From contig CAWHHI010000004.1 of the NCBI GenBank assembly GCA_963829055.1, positions 256,001-320,000 on the forward strand: a stretch of DNA of 64,000 nt. The letters run 5' to 3'. The translations under genes and the position numbers were made by a program. The stretch comes from an uncultured Gemmatimonadaceae bacterium (lineage in GTDB: Bacteria; Gemmatimonadota; Gemmatimonadetes; Gemmatimonadales; Gemmatimonadaceae). A model generated the notes under the pieces. The model was given only the letters and a program-made list of their open reading frames with translations. It made no database searches and was not told the DNA's origin. Position 1 is the first letter of the stretch, and every line of letters begins with the position of its first letter. Positions 1 through 9,669 of this stretch are shown here, in pieces.

Positions 1-40
1 AATAGGGAATCGGGAATCGGGAATCGGAGTTGCGGCTTGT

Positions 41-158
41 AGCTGGCAGCTCGTGCTGGTCGCTGGTCGAGAGCAAAGAACCCCCGGGACGCCACGAACT
101 GGCTTCCCGGGGTTTGCTTTTCCGACCAGCGACCAGCACGAGCGACCAGCTACCAGCT
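41..158. repeat. Long imperfect hairpin with (GCTGGTC)n/(GACCAGC)n arms around a terminator-like core
   Basis: gctggtcgctggtcg...ccccggga...tcccgggg...cgaccagcgaccagc; core followed by T-rich tract; preceded by (GGGAATC)x3 at 5-25. Confidence 0.6.
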
Positions 159-217
159 TCTCGTTGTTCGTGTATCGAACGGTATTTCGTCGAATCGTGT
201 CTGACCTTCCGAAGCCG

Positions 218-790
218 ATGCCAAGAGCCGCGATCGCACGTGACGAGACGGTGACGCTGGACGAACGGGCGTTGATCGCCCGTGTCCTCGAAGGAGACCG
301 GGTTGCCGGGCGCCAGTTGTATGAGGCGCACGCGACCCGGGTGCACCGGCTCGTCTATCGGCTCTGTGGGGACGCGGAATTGGCGCAGGATTTCACGCAG
401 GACACGTTCGTACGCGCGTTCGACCAGCTGAGCCGCTTTCGCGGCGACGCGGCGTTCGGCACCTGGATCCATCGGATCGCAGTCACAGTCACGCTGAATG
501 GGATGCGCAAGGTGAAGCGACTACGCGAACGGGAAACGACGCTCGACGATGACCCGGGAATCGGCACCGTATCGCATTGGGCCGACCCGGATCTCCGGAG
601 CCGGATCGCCGCGGCGATCGACGCGCTCCCCGAAGGGACACGGATGACGCTGATCATGCACGACATAGAGGGGTACACCCATGCCGAGATCGCCGAGTCG
701 TTAGGCATCGCGGAGGGGACGAGCAAGTCACGGTTGTTCGATGCGCGCGGCAAGCTCCGATTGGCGCTCGCTGCGTTCGTGAAGGAGTAA
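218..790 (+). CDS. ECF-type RNA polymerase sigma-70 factor
   Basis: Region 2 (AQDFTQDTFVRAF, FGTWIHRIA) and region 4 (EGYTHAEIAESLGIAEGTSKSRL); start uncertain (ATG 218 or GTG 251). Confidence 0.93.
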   Translation: MPRAAIARDETVTLDERALIARVLEGDRVAGRQLYEAHATRVHRLVYRLCGDAELAQDFTQDTFVRAFDQLSRFRGDAAFGTWIHRIAVTVTLNGMRKVKRLRERETTLDDDPGIGTVSHWADPDLRSRIAAAIDALPEGTRMTLIMHDIEGYTHAEIAESLGIAEGTSKSRLFDARGKLRLALAAFVKE

Positions 791-1472
791 TGGATATGAC
801 GGAAGACGAGATGGACGAACGGACTCGTGAGGCGCTGCGCGGCTACCGCGTGCCGCCCGAGCCACCGCTCGACGAATGTGGGACGCGATCGAAGCGCGGC
901 ATTTCGGCGCGCCGGTCGTCGCTCCTCACCGACCGCGCGCCTGCCCGCGGTCGCTCCTCACGACGTTGGCGCCTCGGCGCACCGTCATGGGGTGTGCTGG
1001 TGGTCGGCATGGCCGCGACGTTGCTGCTCGGGGTAGGCGTCGGACGGATGTCGCGGACCATCGCGCCGACATATGACGCAGAACGATGTCCGGCGACGGT
1101 CGGTACGACTACTGGACAGCCAACGCGAGCCGTATCGCCGGGCGACCACGGAATACCTGGGAGAGACGGTGGCGCTGTTGACCGCGCTTCCGGCGGCCGC
1201 TCGTGACGGTCAGCCCGACGCGCGCTTCGTCACCCAGGCCGGCGATCTGCTCTCGACCACGCGGCTGCTGCTGGACTCACCAGCTGCGGCCTCCGATCCG
1301 CGGCTCAAGAGCCTGCTCGAAGATCTCGAGCTCGTGCTCGGCGCAGCTCGCGCGGCTGCCGGCCGAGCACGGGGGACCCGAGCTCAATCTGATCACCGAA
1401 GCGCTCGTGCAGCGCGACGTCGTGCCGCGGTTGCGGTCGGCCGTCGTGAGCATTTCGAGCAGCGACGACTAG
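790..1472 (+). CDS. Putative membrane-anchored anti-sigma-like protein (several frameshifts)
   Basis: TAATG overlap with sigma; segments in different frames: PPEPPLDE/MWDAIEARH, TM MAATLLLGVGVGR, ARDGQ...LLSTTRLLLDSP...LLEDLELVL, AQLARL...DVVPRLRS. Confidence 0.65.
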
Positions 1473-1510
1473 CCCTACTCGCTTACACACTCGCCTACCG
1501 GGACGTGACG

Positions 1511-3298
1511 ATGATCTCCGCCCTTCGCCTAACGACGCTGTTACTGTTGGTGCCCGTGGTGCCCGCGCTCTCACTGCAGGCGACGCCGCCTCGCGTGCCT
1601 GCCCCTCGTACCGAGCCACGCCGCGCCGAGAGTCCGCGTGTTCCGGTGACGCCGCGGCCTCCGACGCCTCCGCTCGATAAGTCGGACCTCGATGGCCCGC
1701 GTGACCTCGACCGCAGCATGTACGACCTGGACTTCAAGCTGCGGAATCTCGATCACGATCTGCAGTTCCGTACGATGCCGGAAATGCCCGAGATGTCCCT
1801 GTTCGCGCTCGACAAGCTCAAGATCGCTAACGACAAGCCCGACAAGTGGGACAAGCTCGACGATGGACATGGACATGAAGCGGTTCGACATGGCCATGAA
1901 GATGGACATGGACCGCGATCGCTTCGAATCCAAGGCTCGCGATTTCGAGCATGCGGATGGGCGACTTCCCTCGGCCCATGGAGCCTTTTGCGAAGGCACC
2001 ACGATTCGGTGCCGACTGGCGCAGCGAGTCGTTCGCGACGTCTCCACGCGCCGCGTGGCTGCAGGGCGATGCCGCTGATTCGCTCTACAAGAGCGCATAC
2101 GAGCTGCTGAACCGTGGCGAATGGCGCCGAGCGGCGGCGACGTTCGGCAACATCCCGCAGCGCTACCCGAATTCCGGGTACGCGGCGGACGCGCTCTACT
2201 GGCAGGCGTTCTCGCTCTATCGGATCGGGAACACCGAGGACCTCAATGCCGCGCTCCGGTCGCTCGAGACGATGCGAGCCAAGTACCCGCAGGCAAAAAC
2301 ACAGTCCGACGCCGCCGCGCTCACGACGCGCATTCGCGGTACGCTCGCGTCGCGCGGCGACCGCAATGCCGAGCAAGCGCTCAAGAAGACCATGAGCGAG
2401 CAGGGGGAGCAGTGCGACCGCGAGGACCAGGCCGTCCGCAGCGAGGCGCTCAAGGCGCTCGCGCAGACGGATCCGGCGTCGCTCGCCACGAGCGTGAAGC
2501 GCGTGCTCGCGAAGAAGGATGCCTGCTCGGCGCCGCTCCGCCGCACGGCCGTCTACTTGATAGGCAACTCCGGCGACAACTCGGCCCCCGCCATGCTGCG
2601 CGACGTCGCGCTCAACGACTCGGAACCGGAGGTTCGCAGCACCGCGATTCAGTACCTGGCCCGCTCTCCGAGCGACATTGCGGTGAACACGCTCGACGAG
2701 ATCCTGCGGACGTCGACCGATCAGAACGTGCTGCGCACCGCGGCGCGCGCGCTGGCGGCGAACCCGAACCCACGCGCCAGGCAGTCCGTTCGAACTCTGA
2801 TCGAACGTGCCGACGCGCCCGAGCGGCTGCGCATCGAGGCGATCGGTGGCTTCGAGGACTCGCAGCGGACCACGGATGAGGACGCGGCGTACCTGCGTGG
2901 GGTCTATGGGAAGATCGACAACCCACGCATCAAGGCGCGCATCGCTCGCGTCATCGGCCAACTCGGCGGTGAGCAGAACGATGCGTGGCTGTTCGCGCTG
3001 ATGCGCAACAACGATGAGCCGCTCGAGGTGCGCACTGCGGCGCTGTCGCGTGTGGCGTCGAGCAAGATGCCGATCGCTGACGCAGTGAAGCTCTACGGCA
3101 CCGTGGCCGACCGGCAGATGCGCGAGCAGCTGATCAACGTGTACGCCCAGCGTCGTGAGCCCGAGGCGACTGACAAGCTGCTCGACATTGTGAAGAACGA
3201 CACCGACTACAACCTTCGCAGCAGGGCGATCAACGCGCTGACGCGAAAGAACGATCCACGCGCAAACAAGCTTCTGCTGGAGATCATTCGACAAATGA
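1511..3298 (+). CDS. Exported TPR + HEAT-repeat protein (frameshifts near 1860 and 3288)
   Basis: Signal peptide MISALRLTTLLLLVPVVPALS; TPR-like YPNSGYAADALYWQAFSLYR; HEAT-like repeats; removing one base near 3288 gives ...EIIDK-TGA overlapping the next ATG. Confidence 0.75.
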
Positions 3299-4575
3299 CC
3301 GCGACCTCTCGGCTCGTTGCCGCTGCCGCCGTGTTCCTGATTCCGCCGGCGGCGCGCGCTCAGAACCTTGCGCAGCGCGTTGCGTCTGCGCCCGACGGCG
3401 CCGTTCAGTTCACGTTTGCCGCGCGCCCGGGCGTCTGTGGGAACGGCCGCAGCTACTACTCGATCGACGGATCGTCGTGGTACGGGACCGTGAACGACAA
3501 CACGATGCGTTCCGACCCGTGTCAGCCAGGGCCCGTGCGCGTGGTACTCGGACGCGCGGGCAAGGAAATCGTCGACGTGAACGTCTACGTCGGCCCGGTG
3601 CAGGCGAGTCAAGGTGTGACGGATCTCGGTGCTGTGCCCGGGCGTGAGGCGGCAGACTATCTGCTCTCACTCGCGGCACGTGTGGACGGTCGACCCGGTC
3701 GAGACGCCATCGGACCGGCAATGCTCGCGGACAGTGCGACGGTGACGCCGCAGCTGCTCGCCATTGCCCGCGACCAGTCGCGTGCTCGCGAGACGCGCAG
3801 CACCGCGATCAATTGGCTGAGCCGCGCCGGCGAGGAGCGCGGGGGCGTGTCGCCGAGCCAGCTCGCGAAGGCGTTAGGCGACATTGCGCGGGACGAGAAC
3901 GACAACCAGCAGGTTCGCTCGAGCGCGCTTCGTGTGCTGTCGCGGCAGGACAACGGGGAGGGCATCCCGGCGCTCATCGAGATCTCCCGCACCACGCAGG
4001 ACATTCGGCTTGGCAAGCAGGCGCTTGGCACGCTCGCGCAGTCTGGTGACCCGCGAGCGCGCACATACCTCCGCACGGCGGTGCAGCGCGACGACCTGAA
4101 CGATGACATGCGCGTCGCAGCCATTCGTGGTATCGGTCGCGACTACGCGACGAGCCAGGACGCGGAGTTCCTGCGCGGCCTGTACGCGAAGCTGCCGAGC
4201 GAGAAGACGAAGGAGGCAGTGCTGTCGTCGCTGGGCGAGATGGGCGGCACGGCGAACGCGAAATGGCTGATGACGATCGCCGGGAACAACGATGAGTCGA
4301 TCCGGCTGCGTCGTCGGGCGGTGCAGCTGACGGACCGCGCGGGTATTCCAGTCGCCGAGCTCGGGCAGCTCTACGATAAGGTCGAGGATCCGCAGATGAA
4401 GGACGCGATCATCTCGACGCTGTCGAACAACGGCACGAAGGCGGCGACGGACAAACTGCTGGCGATCGCGAAAACCGATCAGAACTACACGATGCGGCGG
4501 CGAGCGGTCAACGCGTTAGGCAGGTCGGAGGACCCGCGGGTCAAGGACGCGCTGAAGGACATCGTCGAGAAATAG
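3295..4575 (+). CDS. Exported HEAT-repeat protein
   Basis: Own signal peptide MTATSRLVAAAAVFLIPPAARAQ; HEAT-like repeats; C-terminus paralogous to the upstream gene. Confidence 0.8.
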   Translation: MTATSRLVAAAAVFLIPPAARAQNLAQRVASAPDGAVQFTFAARPGVCGNGRSYYSIDGSSWYGTVNDNTMRSDPCQPGPVRVVLGRAGKEIVDVNVYVGPVQASQGVTDLGAVPGREAADYLLSLAARVDGRPGRDAIGPAMLADSATVTPQLLAIARDQSRARETRSTAINWLSRAGEERGGVSPSQLAKALGDIARDENDNQQVRSSALRVLSRQDNGEGIPALIEISRTTQDIRLGKQALGTLAQSGDPRARTYLRTAVQRDDLNDDMRVAAIRGIGRDYATSQDAEFLRGLYAKLPSEKTKEAVLSSLGEMGGTANAKWLMTIAGNNDESIRLRRRAVQLTDRAGIPVAELGQLYDKVEDPQMKDAIISTLSNNGTKAATDKLLAIAKTDQNYTMRRRAVNALGRSEDPRVKDALKDIVEK

Positions 4576-4600
4576 CCGTCATTCCGAGCGGTCTGTCACA

Positions 4601-4706
4601 TGTCATCCCGAGCGTCAGCGAGGGACCTGGCGTGAAGTTCTCGTGGCCAGCCTTCCCACGATGACGTCACAGCAGGTCCTCGTCGCTGCCGCTCCTCGGG
4701 ATGACA
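4601..4706. repeat. REP-like palindromic element (TGTCATCCCGAG...CTCGGGATGACA), subfamily A
   Basis: Terminal inverted repeats, internal agggacct/aggtcct stem; between convergent genes; extra partial left end at 4578-4590. Confidence 0.88.
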
Positions 4707-4747
4707 CCCCTACTGCTCCTCCTTCCTCCTTCCTGCGGCCTCCGTCG

Positions 4748-5566
4748 TCAGTGCGTCTGAATATTCACCCCTACAGCCACGCCGCCGTCCGGCTTCTTCT
4801 GCACGGTTGGGCGCAGTAGCCACTTGTCGATGCGGTTGCCCGGATGCGAGTGGTGATAGCGGACCACCTTCGTGCCCGCGAACGTACCGATCGCGGCGCC
4901 CATGACGACGTCGCTCGCCCAGTGCTTGTTGTTGTACATGCGCGAGACCGCAATCATCGTCGCGCCGCCATACATCACCGGGGCGATGTACCACGTCGAG
5001 CCCGGCCACCACTTCGACGTCTCGCTCGTCACCGCGGCCGCCGCCGCGAATCCCGCCGCCGAGTGGCCGGAAGGGAACGAGCGATAGACGTCGTTGTGCT
5101 TGAACCCGCGCGCGAACACGAAGCTCCGGGGATCTGTGATGTCCGCTTCGGGTCTCGCCCGACCAGCCAGCCCCTTCGTGACCGCAACGACACCGTTCGC
5201 AATGAGCAGCGCTTCGGTGCCGTGGAGCCCGAGGTCGGCCATGCGATCCACGCGTGCGATGCGGCCGACGCTGTACATGGTCACGCCGATGATGGTTGCT
5301 CCAGGGTTGCCCATCCAACGGAAGTAGTCGGCCGCGCTGCTGAGAAACTGGTTCTGCTGGTTGCCAGGCGACTGCAGCTTGCCCGCGAAGTAGCGATCGG
5401 CTGGGTAGAGGGCCACGGTGCCGGCGACGAACCCCGCGGCGATCCACGCGTCCTTCGACGTGAACAGCGGTTCGTGCGAGATGTGGGTCGTGTCGGACGG
5501 CTGCGCCTCCGCCACCGAACCGACCGCCATGGCCAATGCCGCTGTCAAAGTAAGGAGCTTCGTCAC
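4748..5566 (-). CDS. PAP2-family phosphatase with signal peptide
   Basis: Motifs KGLAGRARP, SFPSGH, SRMYNNKHWASDV; GTG start at 5566. Confidence 0.9.
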   Translation of the reverse strand: MTKLLTLTAALAMAVGSVAEAQPSDTTHISHEPLFTSKDAWIAAGFVAGTVALYPADRYFAGKLQSPGNQQNQFLSSAADYFRWMGNPGATIIGVTMYSVGRIARVDRMADLGLHGTEALLIANGVVAVTKGLAGRARPEADITDPRSFVFARGFKHNDVYRSFPSGHSAAGFAAAAAVTSETSKWWPGSTWYIAPVMYGGATMIAVSRMYNNKHWASDVVMGAAIGTFAGTKVVRYHHSHPGNRIDKWLLRPTVQKKPDGGVAVGVNIQTH

Positions 5567-5788
5567 TCGTCCCCTCCGTCGTGCTGCCAGTTGATTGGCA
5601 TTAGTTCGCTTGTGCGTTGGTTCAGTTCTACTCGTGCTGCTCACAGCGCGGCCCGGTTGGCGGCGCTCCGATGTACAAAGGCAACCTGTGCGCCGCGGAA
5701 CGGGCCAACGGGCCCATGAGAGCGGTTCGCTCAGAAGTCTGAATAAGCGCACTCGACAATAAAGTCGGTTCGTTGCGTCATCGGGTGG

Positions 5789-5834
5789 TTGACGACAACC
5801 GAACCCGTCGACACTATACCGCGACGCGGTATAG
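5789..5834 (+). promoter_or_regulatory. Putative promoter (TTGACG-N17-CACTAT) overlapped by 21-bp palindromic operator
   Basis: CTATACCGCG-A-CGCGGTATAG at 5814-5834 just upstream of the PadR gene. Confidence 0.7.
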
Positions 5835-5868
5835 CATCCGACGACACAGTGATCCGGGAGTGACTCGA

Positions 5869-6261
5869 ATGGCCGGCAATCAGGAGAGCGAATCCGAATC
5901 ACAGACGGCCCTCAGCGCGCAGGTCTTTCAGATCCTTCTCTCGTTGCTCGACGAGGACCTGCACGGCTACGCCTTGATTCAGGACATTCGTCGACGCACG
6001 GACGGCGAGGTCGTACTCACCGCGAGCACGCTGTACGCGGCGACCAAACGACTGGTCAGCGCAGGCTGGATCCAGGAGGTGGAGCTTGCATCGCCGCCGC
6101 CAGACCACGACGCGCGACGTCGCTACTATCGCATCACGGACCGGGGGCGGGCGGCGGCGCGAGCCGAAGCGCTCCGCCTCGAGCGGCTCACCGCGATGGC
6201 GCGCGACAAGCGACTGCTCGGCGCATTCGGCACCGCGCCGCAGCCCAAGGGGTCGCGATGA
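5869..6261 (+). CDS. PadR-family transcriptional regulator
   Basis: ILLSL..EDLHGYALIQDI, STLYAATKRL, RRRYYRITDRG. Confidence 0.92.
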   Translation: MAGNQESESESQTALSAQVFQILLSLLDEDLHGYALIQDIRRRTDGEVVLTASTLYAATKRLVSAGWIQEVELASPPPDHDARRRYYRITDRGRAAARAEALRLERLTAMARDKRLLGAFGTAPQPKGSR

Positions 6262-8972
6262 CCACGCCACGAGGATCGGCGGCGCCCCGCACGCTCACGT
6301 CGCGGATGTTTGGCGCCCTGACACGACTGCTTCCGGCGGCCATCCGCGATCGCGACGCCGACGAGCTCCGTGATGTCTACGCCGCCCTCGAGGCCGACGC
6401 CCGCCGCGTGCGCGGCTGGCGCGGTGGCGTGGCGACGTTCGCATCGGAACTGCCCGGGTTCTTCGAGCTGGCCGTCCGAGAGCACGCGGCTGGCTGGCGC
6501 GCGCGGCGGGTGCACCGCCGTCGCCAACGGACGATCGCGTCGTACCAACTCCCGTACTCCGAGGACACGTCCATGATGGAGTCGCTGCACCAGGATGTCC
6601 GGTACGCCGTGCGCGCGCTGCGGAAGAGTGCGTCGTTCACAGCCATCGCCACGGCGACGCTCGCGTTAGGAATCGGGGCCAACACGGCGATCTTCTCGGT
6701 CGTGAACGGCGTGCTGCTCAAGCCGCTCGCGTTCGCGGAGCCTGATCGCATCGTCACCGTGATGGACCAGCCGGCGACCGGGGCGCCCGGCGTGTACGGG
6801 TCGTCGCCCGCGAACTTCGTGGACGTGCGTCGCGATACTCGCGCCGCCAGGCCGGTCGCGGGTTTCTCCACTCAGCGAGTGACGCTGATCGGACGCGGTG
6901 AGCCCGAGTCGGTGCAGGCCGTGAACACGGTCGGCGACGTGTTCGGCGTCCTCGGGGTCCGCGCCTTCATTGGCCGGACGCTCGTGCCTAACGATGACGA
7001 TCCCGCTTCCGCTCCGGCCGTCGTGCTCGGCTACGGAACGTGGCAGCGCCTGTTCGACTCGGACCGGTCGATCGTCGGGAAAACCGTGACGATCAACCGC
7101 ACGCCGCGGGTCGTGGTCGGTGTGATGCCGCGACGCTTCGTGTTCGCGCCCGCCCCGGCCGATGTCTGGATCCCGGAACAATGGACTCCGGAATACGCCG
7201 CGAACCAGGACCAGTACTACATCCAGATCATCGCGCGGCTGGCGCCGACCGCGACGGTCGCGCGCTTCTCGGCCGAGCTCGAGACGATCTCGGCTCGACT
7301 CCGCACCGATCGCGCGGAGTTCAACACCGGGCTCCGACTGAGTGCAACGCCGCTCAAGGACACGATCGTGTCGAACGTGCGCACGCGTCTCCTCGTGCTC
7401 ATGAGCGCCGTCGCCTTCCTGCTGCTCATCACGTGCACGAACCTGGCGAATCTGATGCTCGCCCGGGCGTCTTCTCGGCACGGCGAGTTCGCGGTGCGCC
7501 GCGCGTTAGGGGCGCACCGCGGCCGGATCGTCAGGCAGTTGCTGACCGAGAGCTTGCTGCTCGCGATGATCGGTGGCGCGTTAGGGCTGCTCGTTGGCCA
7601 GCTTCTGCTCCGAGCGATTGTCGCGGCCGAACAGACATCGCTGCCGCGCGTGGACGAGGTCGGGCTCGACCTGACGACGTTCGCGTTCGCGGTCCTGGCG
7701 TCGCTGATTGCCGGTGCGTCCGTGGGAATTCTACCGGCCTTGCGCGCGTCGTCGACCCACTCGATGGAAGTGCTCCGTCAGGGACTTCGAGGCAGCGGGA
7801 CGCATCAACGCGCGCGCAGCGTGCTGGTCGTGGCCGAACTGGCGCTTGCGCTCATGCTGCTCACGGGCGCGGGGCTGCTGCTGCGGAGCTTCGGTCGCCT
7901 GCTCGAGGTCGACACGGGAGTTGCCGCGAGCGGAGTGCTCACGTTGCAGATGAACGTCGGCAACCGCGCTGCTCAGACTGTGGAGGAAAGCCTCGACCGG
8001 ATTCGCGCCATTCCCGGCGTCCGTGCGGCCGCGGTGACGAGCCAGCTCCCGGTCACCGGGCGAGGCACGGGTGCGTGGCTGAACATCGTCGACCGCCCGA
8101 CGAAGCCTAACGAGACTCCACCCGCGGAAGCGTACCGCGTCGTCACGCCCGACTACTTCTCGACCATGGGCATCCGGCTGCTGCGCGGTCGCCTTCCCAC
8201 GCCCGATGACCGCGCCGATCACACGCCGGCCGTGGTGGTGAACGAGGCGTTGGCGAAGCGCTACTGGCCGAACGAGGATCCGATCGGGAAGCAGGTTCAA
8301 CTCGGGGCGCCCGGCAACTATCTCATTCCACCGTCGCCGATCGTGGGAATCGTGGCCAACACGCCGGACGGCGGGCTGGACGCGCCACCGCTACCAGCGG
8401 TGTTCCTGCCATTGCGCGTTGCGCCGTGGTGGCCGGCGTTCTCGTACGTGATCCGGACCAACGGTCGCCCGACGGCGGTCACGTCTGCCGTTCGCCGCGA
8501 GTTGCGGGCGCTATTCCCGGCCATGGCGATTCGCAACGTGCAGACGATGGATGACGTGCTCTACGATTCGGCGGCGCCGGCGCGGCTGTCCGCGCGACTC
8601 ATCGGCGCGTTCGCCATCGTCGCGCTGATCACGGCGGCGCTCGGCGTGTTCGGCGTGCTTTCGTTCGTCGTCGCTCAGCGCACGAGAGAGCTCGGCATCC
8701 GCATGGCACTCGGCGCCGCTCCGGGCGACGTCCGGCGCATGGTCCTCGGCTACGGCAGCCGACTGGCGCTGGCCGGCCTCGCGATCGGGCTCCTCGGGTC
8801 GTTCGCGCTGACACGCCTCATCTCGGGCGTGCTGTTCGGCGTGACACCGACGGACCCACTCACGTTCGGTGTGGTGTCGGCGATCTTGTTAGGCATCGGC
8901 GTCCTGGCGAGCTGGCTGCCGGCGCGTCGCGCGACGCGCATCGACCCGATCGTGGCGCTCCGCGCCGACTGA
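6258..8972 (+). CDS. ABC-type permease, duplicated MacB/FtsX (ADOP-like)
   Basis: QDVRYAVRALRK, TLALGIGANTAIFSVVNGVLLKPL, RTRELGIRMALGA, ARRATRIDPIVALR; ATGA overlap with PadR. Confidence 0.93.
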   Translation: MTTPRGSAAPRTLTSRMFGALTRLLPAAIRDRDADELRDVYAALEADARRVRGWRGGVATFASELPGFFELAVREHAAGWRARRVHRRRQRTIASYQLPYSEDTSMMESLHQDVRYAVRALRKSASFTAIATATLALGIGANTAIFSVVNGVLLKPLAFAEPDRIVTVMDQPATGAPGVYGSSPANFVDVRRDTRAARPVAGFSTQRVTLIGRGEPESVQAVNTVGDVFGVLGVRAFIGRTLVPNDDDPASAPAVVLGYGTWQRLFDSDRSIVGKTVTINRTPRVVVGVMPRRFVFAPAPADVWIPEQWTPEYAANQDQYYIQIIARLAPTATVARFSAELETISARLRTDRAEFNTGLRLSATPLKDTIVSNVRTRLLVLMSAVAFLLLITCTNLANLMLARASSRHGEFAVRRALGAHRGRIVRQLLTESLLLAMIGGALGLLVGQLLLRAIVAAEQTSLPRVDEVGLDLTTFAFAVLASLIAGASVGILPALRASSTHSMEVLRQGLRGSGTHQRARSVLVVAELALALMLLTGAGLLLRSFGRLLEVDTGVAASGVLTLQMNVGNRAAQTVEESLDRIRAIPGVRAAAVTSQLPVTGRGTGAWLNIVDRPTKPNETPPAEAYRVVTPDYFSTMGIRLLRGRLPTPDDRADHTPAVVVNEALAKRYWPNEDPIGKQVQLGAPGNYLIPPSPIVGIVANTPDGGLDAPPLPAVFLPLRVAPWWPAFSYVIRTNGRPTAVTSAVRRELRALFPAMAIRNVQTMDDVLYDSAAPARLSARLIGAFAIVALITAALGVFGVLSFVVAQRTRELGIRMALGAAPGDVRRMVLGYGSRLALAGLAIGLLGSFALTRLISGVLFGVTPTDPLTFGVVSAILLGIGVLASWLPARRATRIDPIVALRAD

Positions 8973-9041
8973 GGAAGGAGGAAGGAGGCCTTAGGAAGGA
9001 GAGGACGGCGGACGGCGGAGGGCGGACGGCGGAGAACGGCG

Positions 9042-9157
9042 TGTCATCCCGAGCGCCAGCGACAGCGGCAGCGAGGGATCTCTGTGAGGTCATCGTGGCC
9101 GGTCTGGCCACGAATACCGTTCGAGAAGATCCCTCCGCTGCGCTCCGCGGGATGACA
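9042..9157. repeat. REP-like palindromic element, subfamily A
   Basis: tgtcatcccgagcg...gggatgaca; preceded by (GAGGAAG)n and (GGCGGAC)n heptamers at 8971-9034. Confidence 0.85.
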
Positions 9158-9163
9158 GAGATG

Positions 9164-9203
9164 AAAAAGGACGCAAGGAGATCGTGATCCCCTTGCGTCC
9201 TTT
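9164..9203. terminator. Probable bidirectional intrinsic terminator
   Basis: aaaggacgcaagg...ccttgcgtccttt stem with A/T tracts between convergent genes. Confidence 0.6.
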
Positions 9204-9235
9204 CCGCGCCCACGCGGCTCGCGCCGCGTCGAGCG

Positions 9236-9496
9236 CTACACTGTTCTTCGTGCGCCGCGTATCAGTCGGAGCAGGAAGAGCAGAACCACGGCGCCGATGA
9301 ACGCGACGAAGATCGTTCCCGGCAGCCCACCCCATGGCGACGAAACACCGAGCGAGCTGAAGATCCAGCCGCCGACGAACGCGCCCACGATCCCGATGAT
9401 GATATCGCCGACCAGTCCGTACCCGGTGCCGCCCATCACGAGCGACGCGAGCACGCCGGCAATCAATCCGACGATGATCCAGGTGAGAATAGTCAT
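9236..9496 (-). CDS. GlsB/YeaQ/YmgE (transglycosylase-associated) membrane protein
   Basis: WIIVGLIAGVLA...DIIIGIVGAFVGGWI...AFIGAVVLL. Confidence 0.92.
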   Translation of the reverse strand: MTILTWIIVGLIAGVLASLVMGGTGYGLVGDIIIGIVGAFVGGWIFSSLGVSSPWGGLPGTIFVAFIGAVVLLFLLRLIRGARRTV

Positions 9497-9669
9497 GACG
9501 TCTCCTGAGCTTGTGCGATAACCGAGTCAATGACGTGAAAGGCAACTCGCGTGCCTTGCCGACTCGCACCGAAAACGCCACATCTCCGCGCTGCGCAGCC
9601 GCCTGATCGGACGACGCCGGTGTCGTCCGATCGGCCGGCACTTACGGTGTTGCCACGAGCCCAGCATCG

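Noticed and set aside
1753..3612. Long antisense and alternative-frame ORFs here and throughout the track
   Set aside because: Shadow ORFs expected at high GC; they overlap well-supported genes and have no motifs.
1951..4575. Single 874-aa fused HEAT protein
   Set aside because: An internal signal peptide at 3295 and a one-base fix restoring a TGA/ATG overlap indicate two genes.
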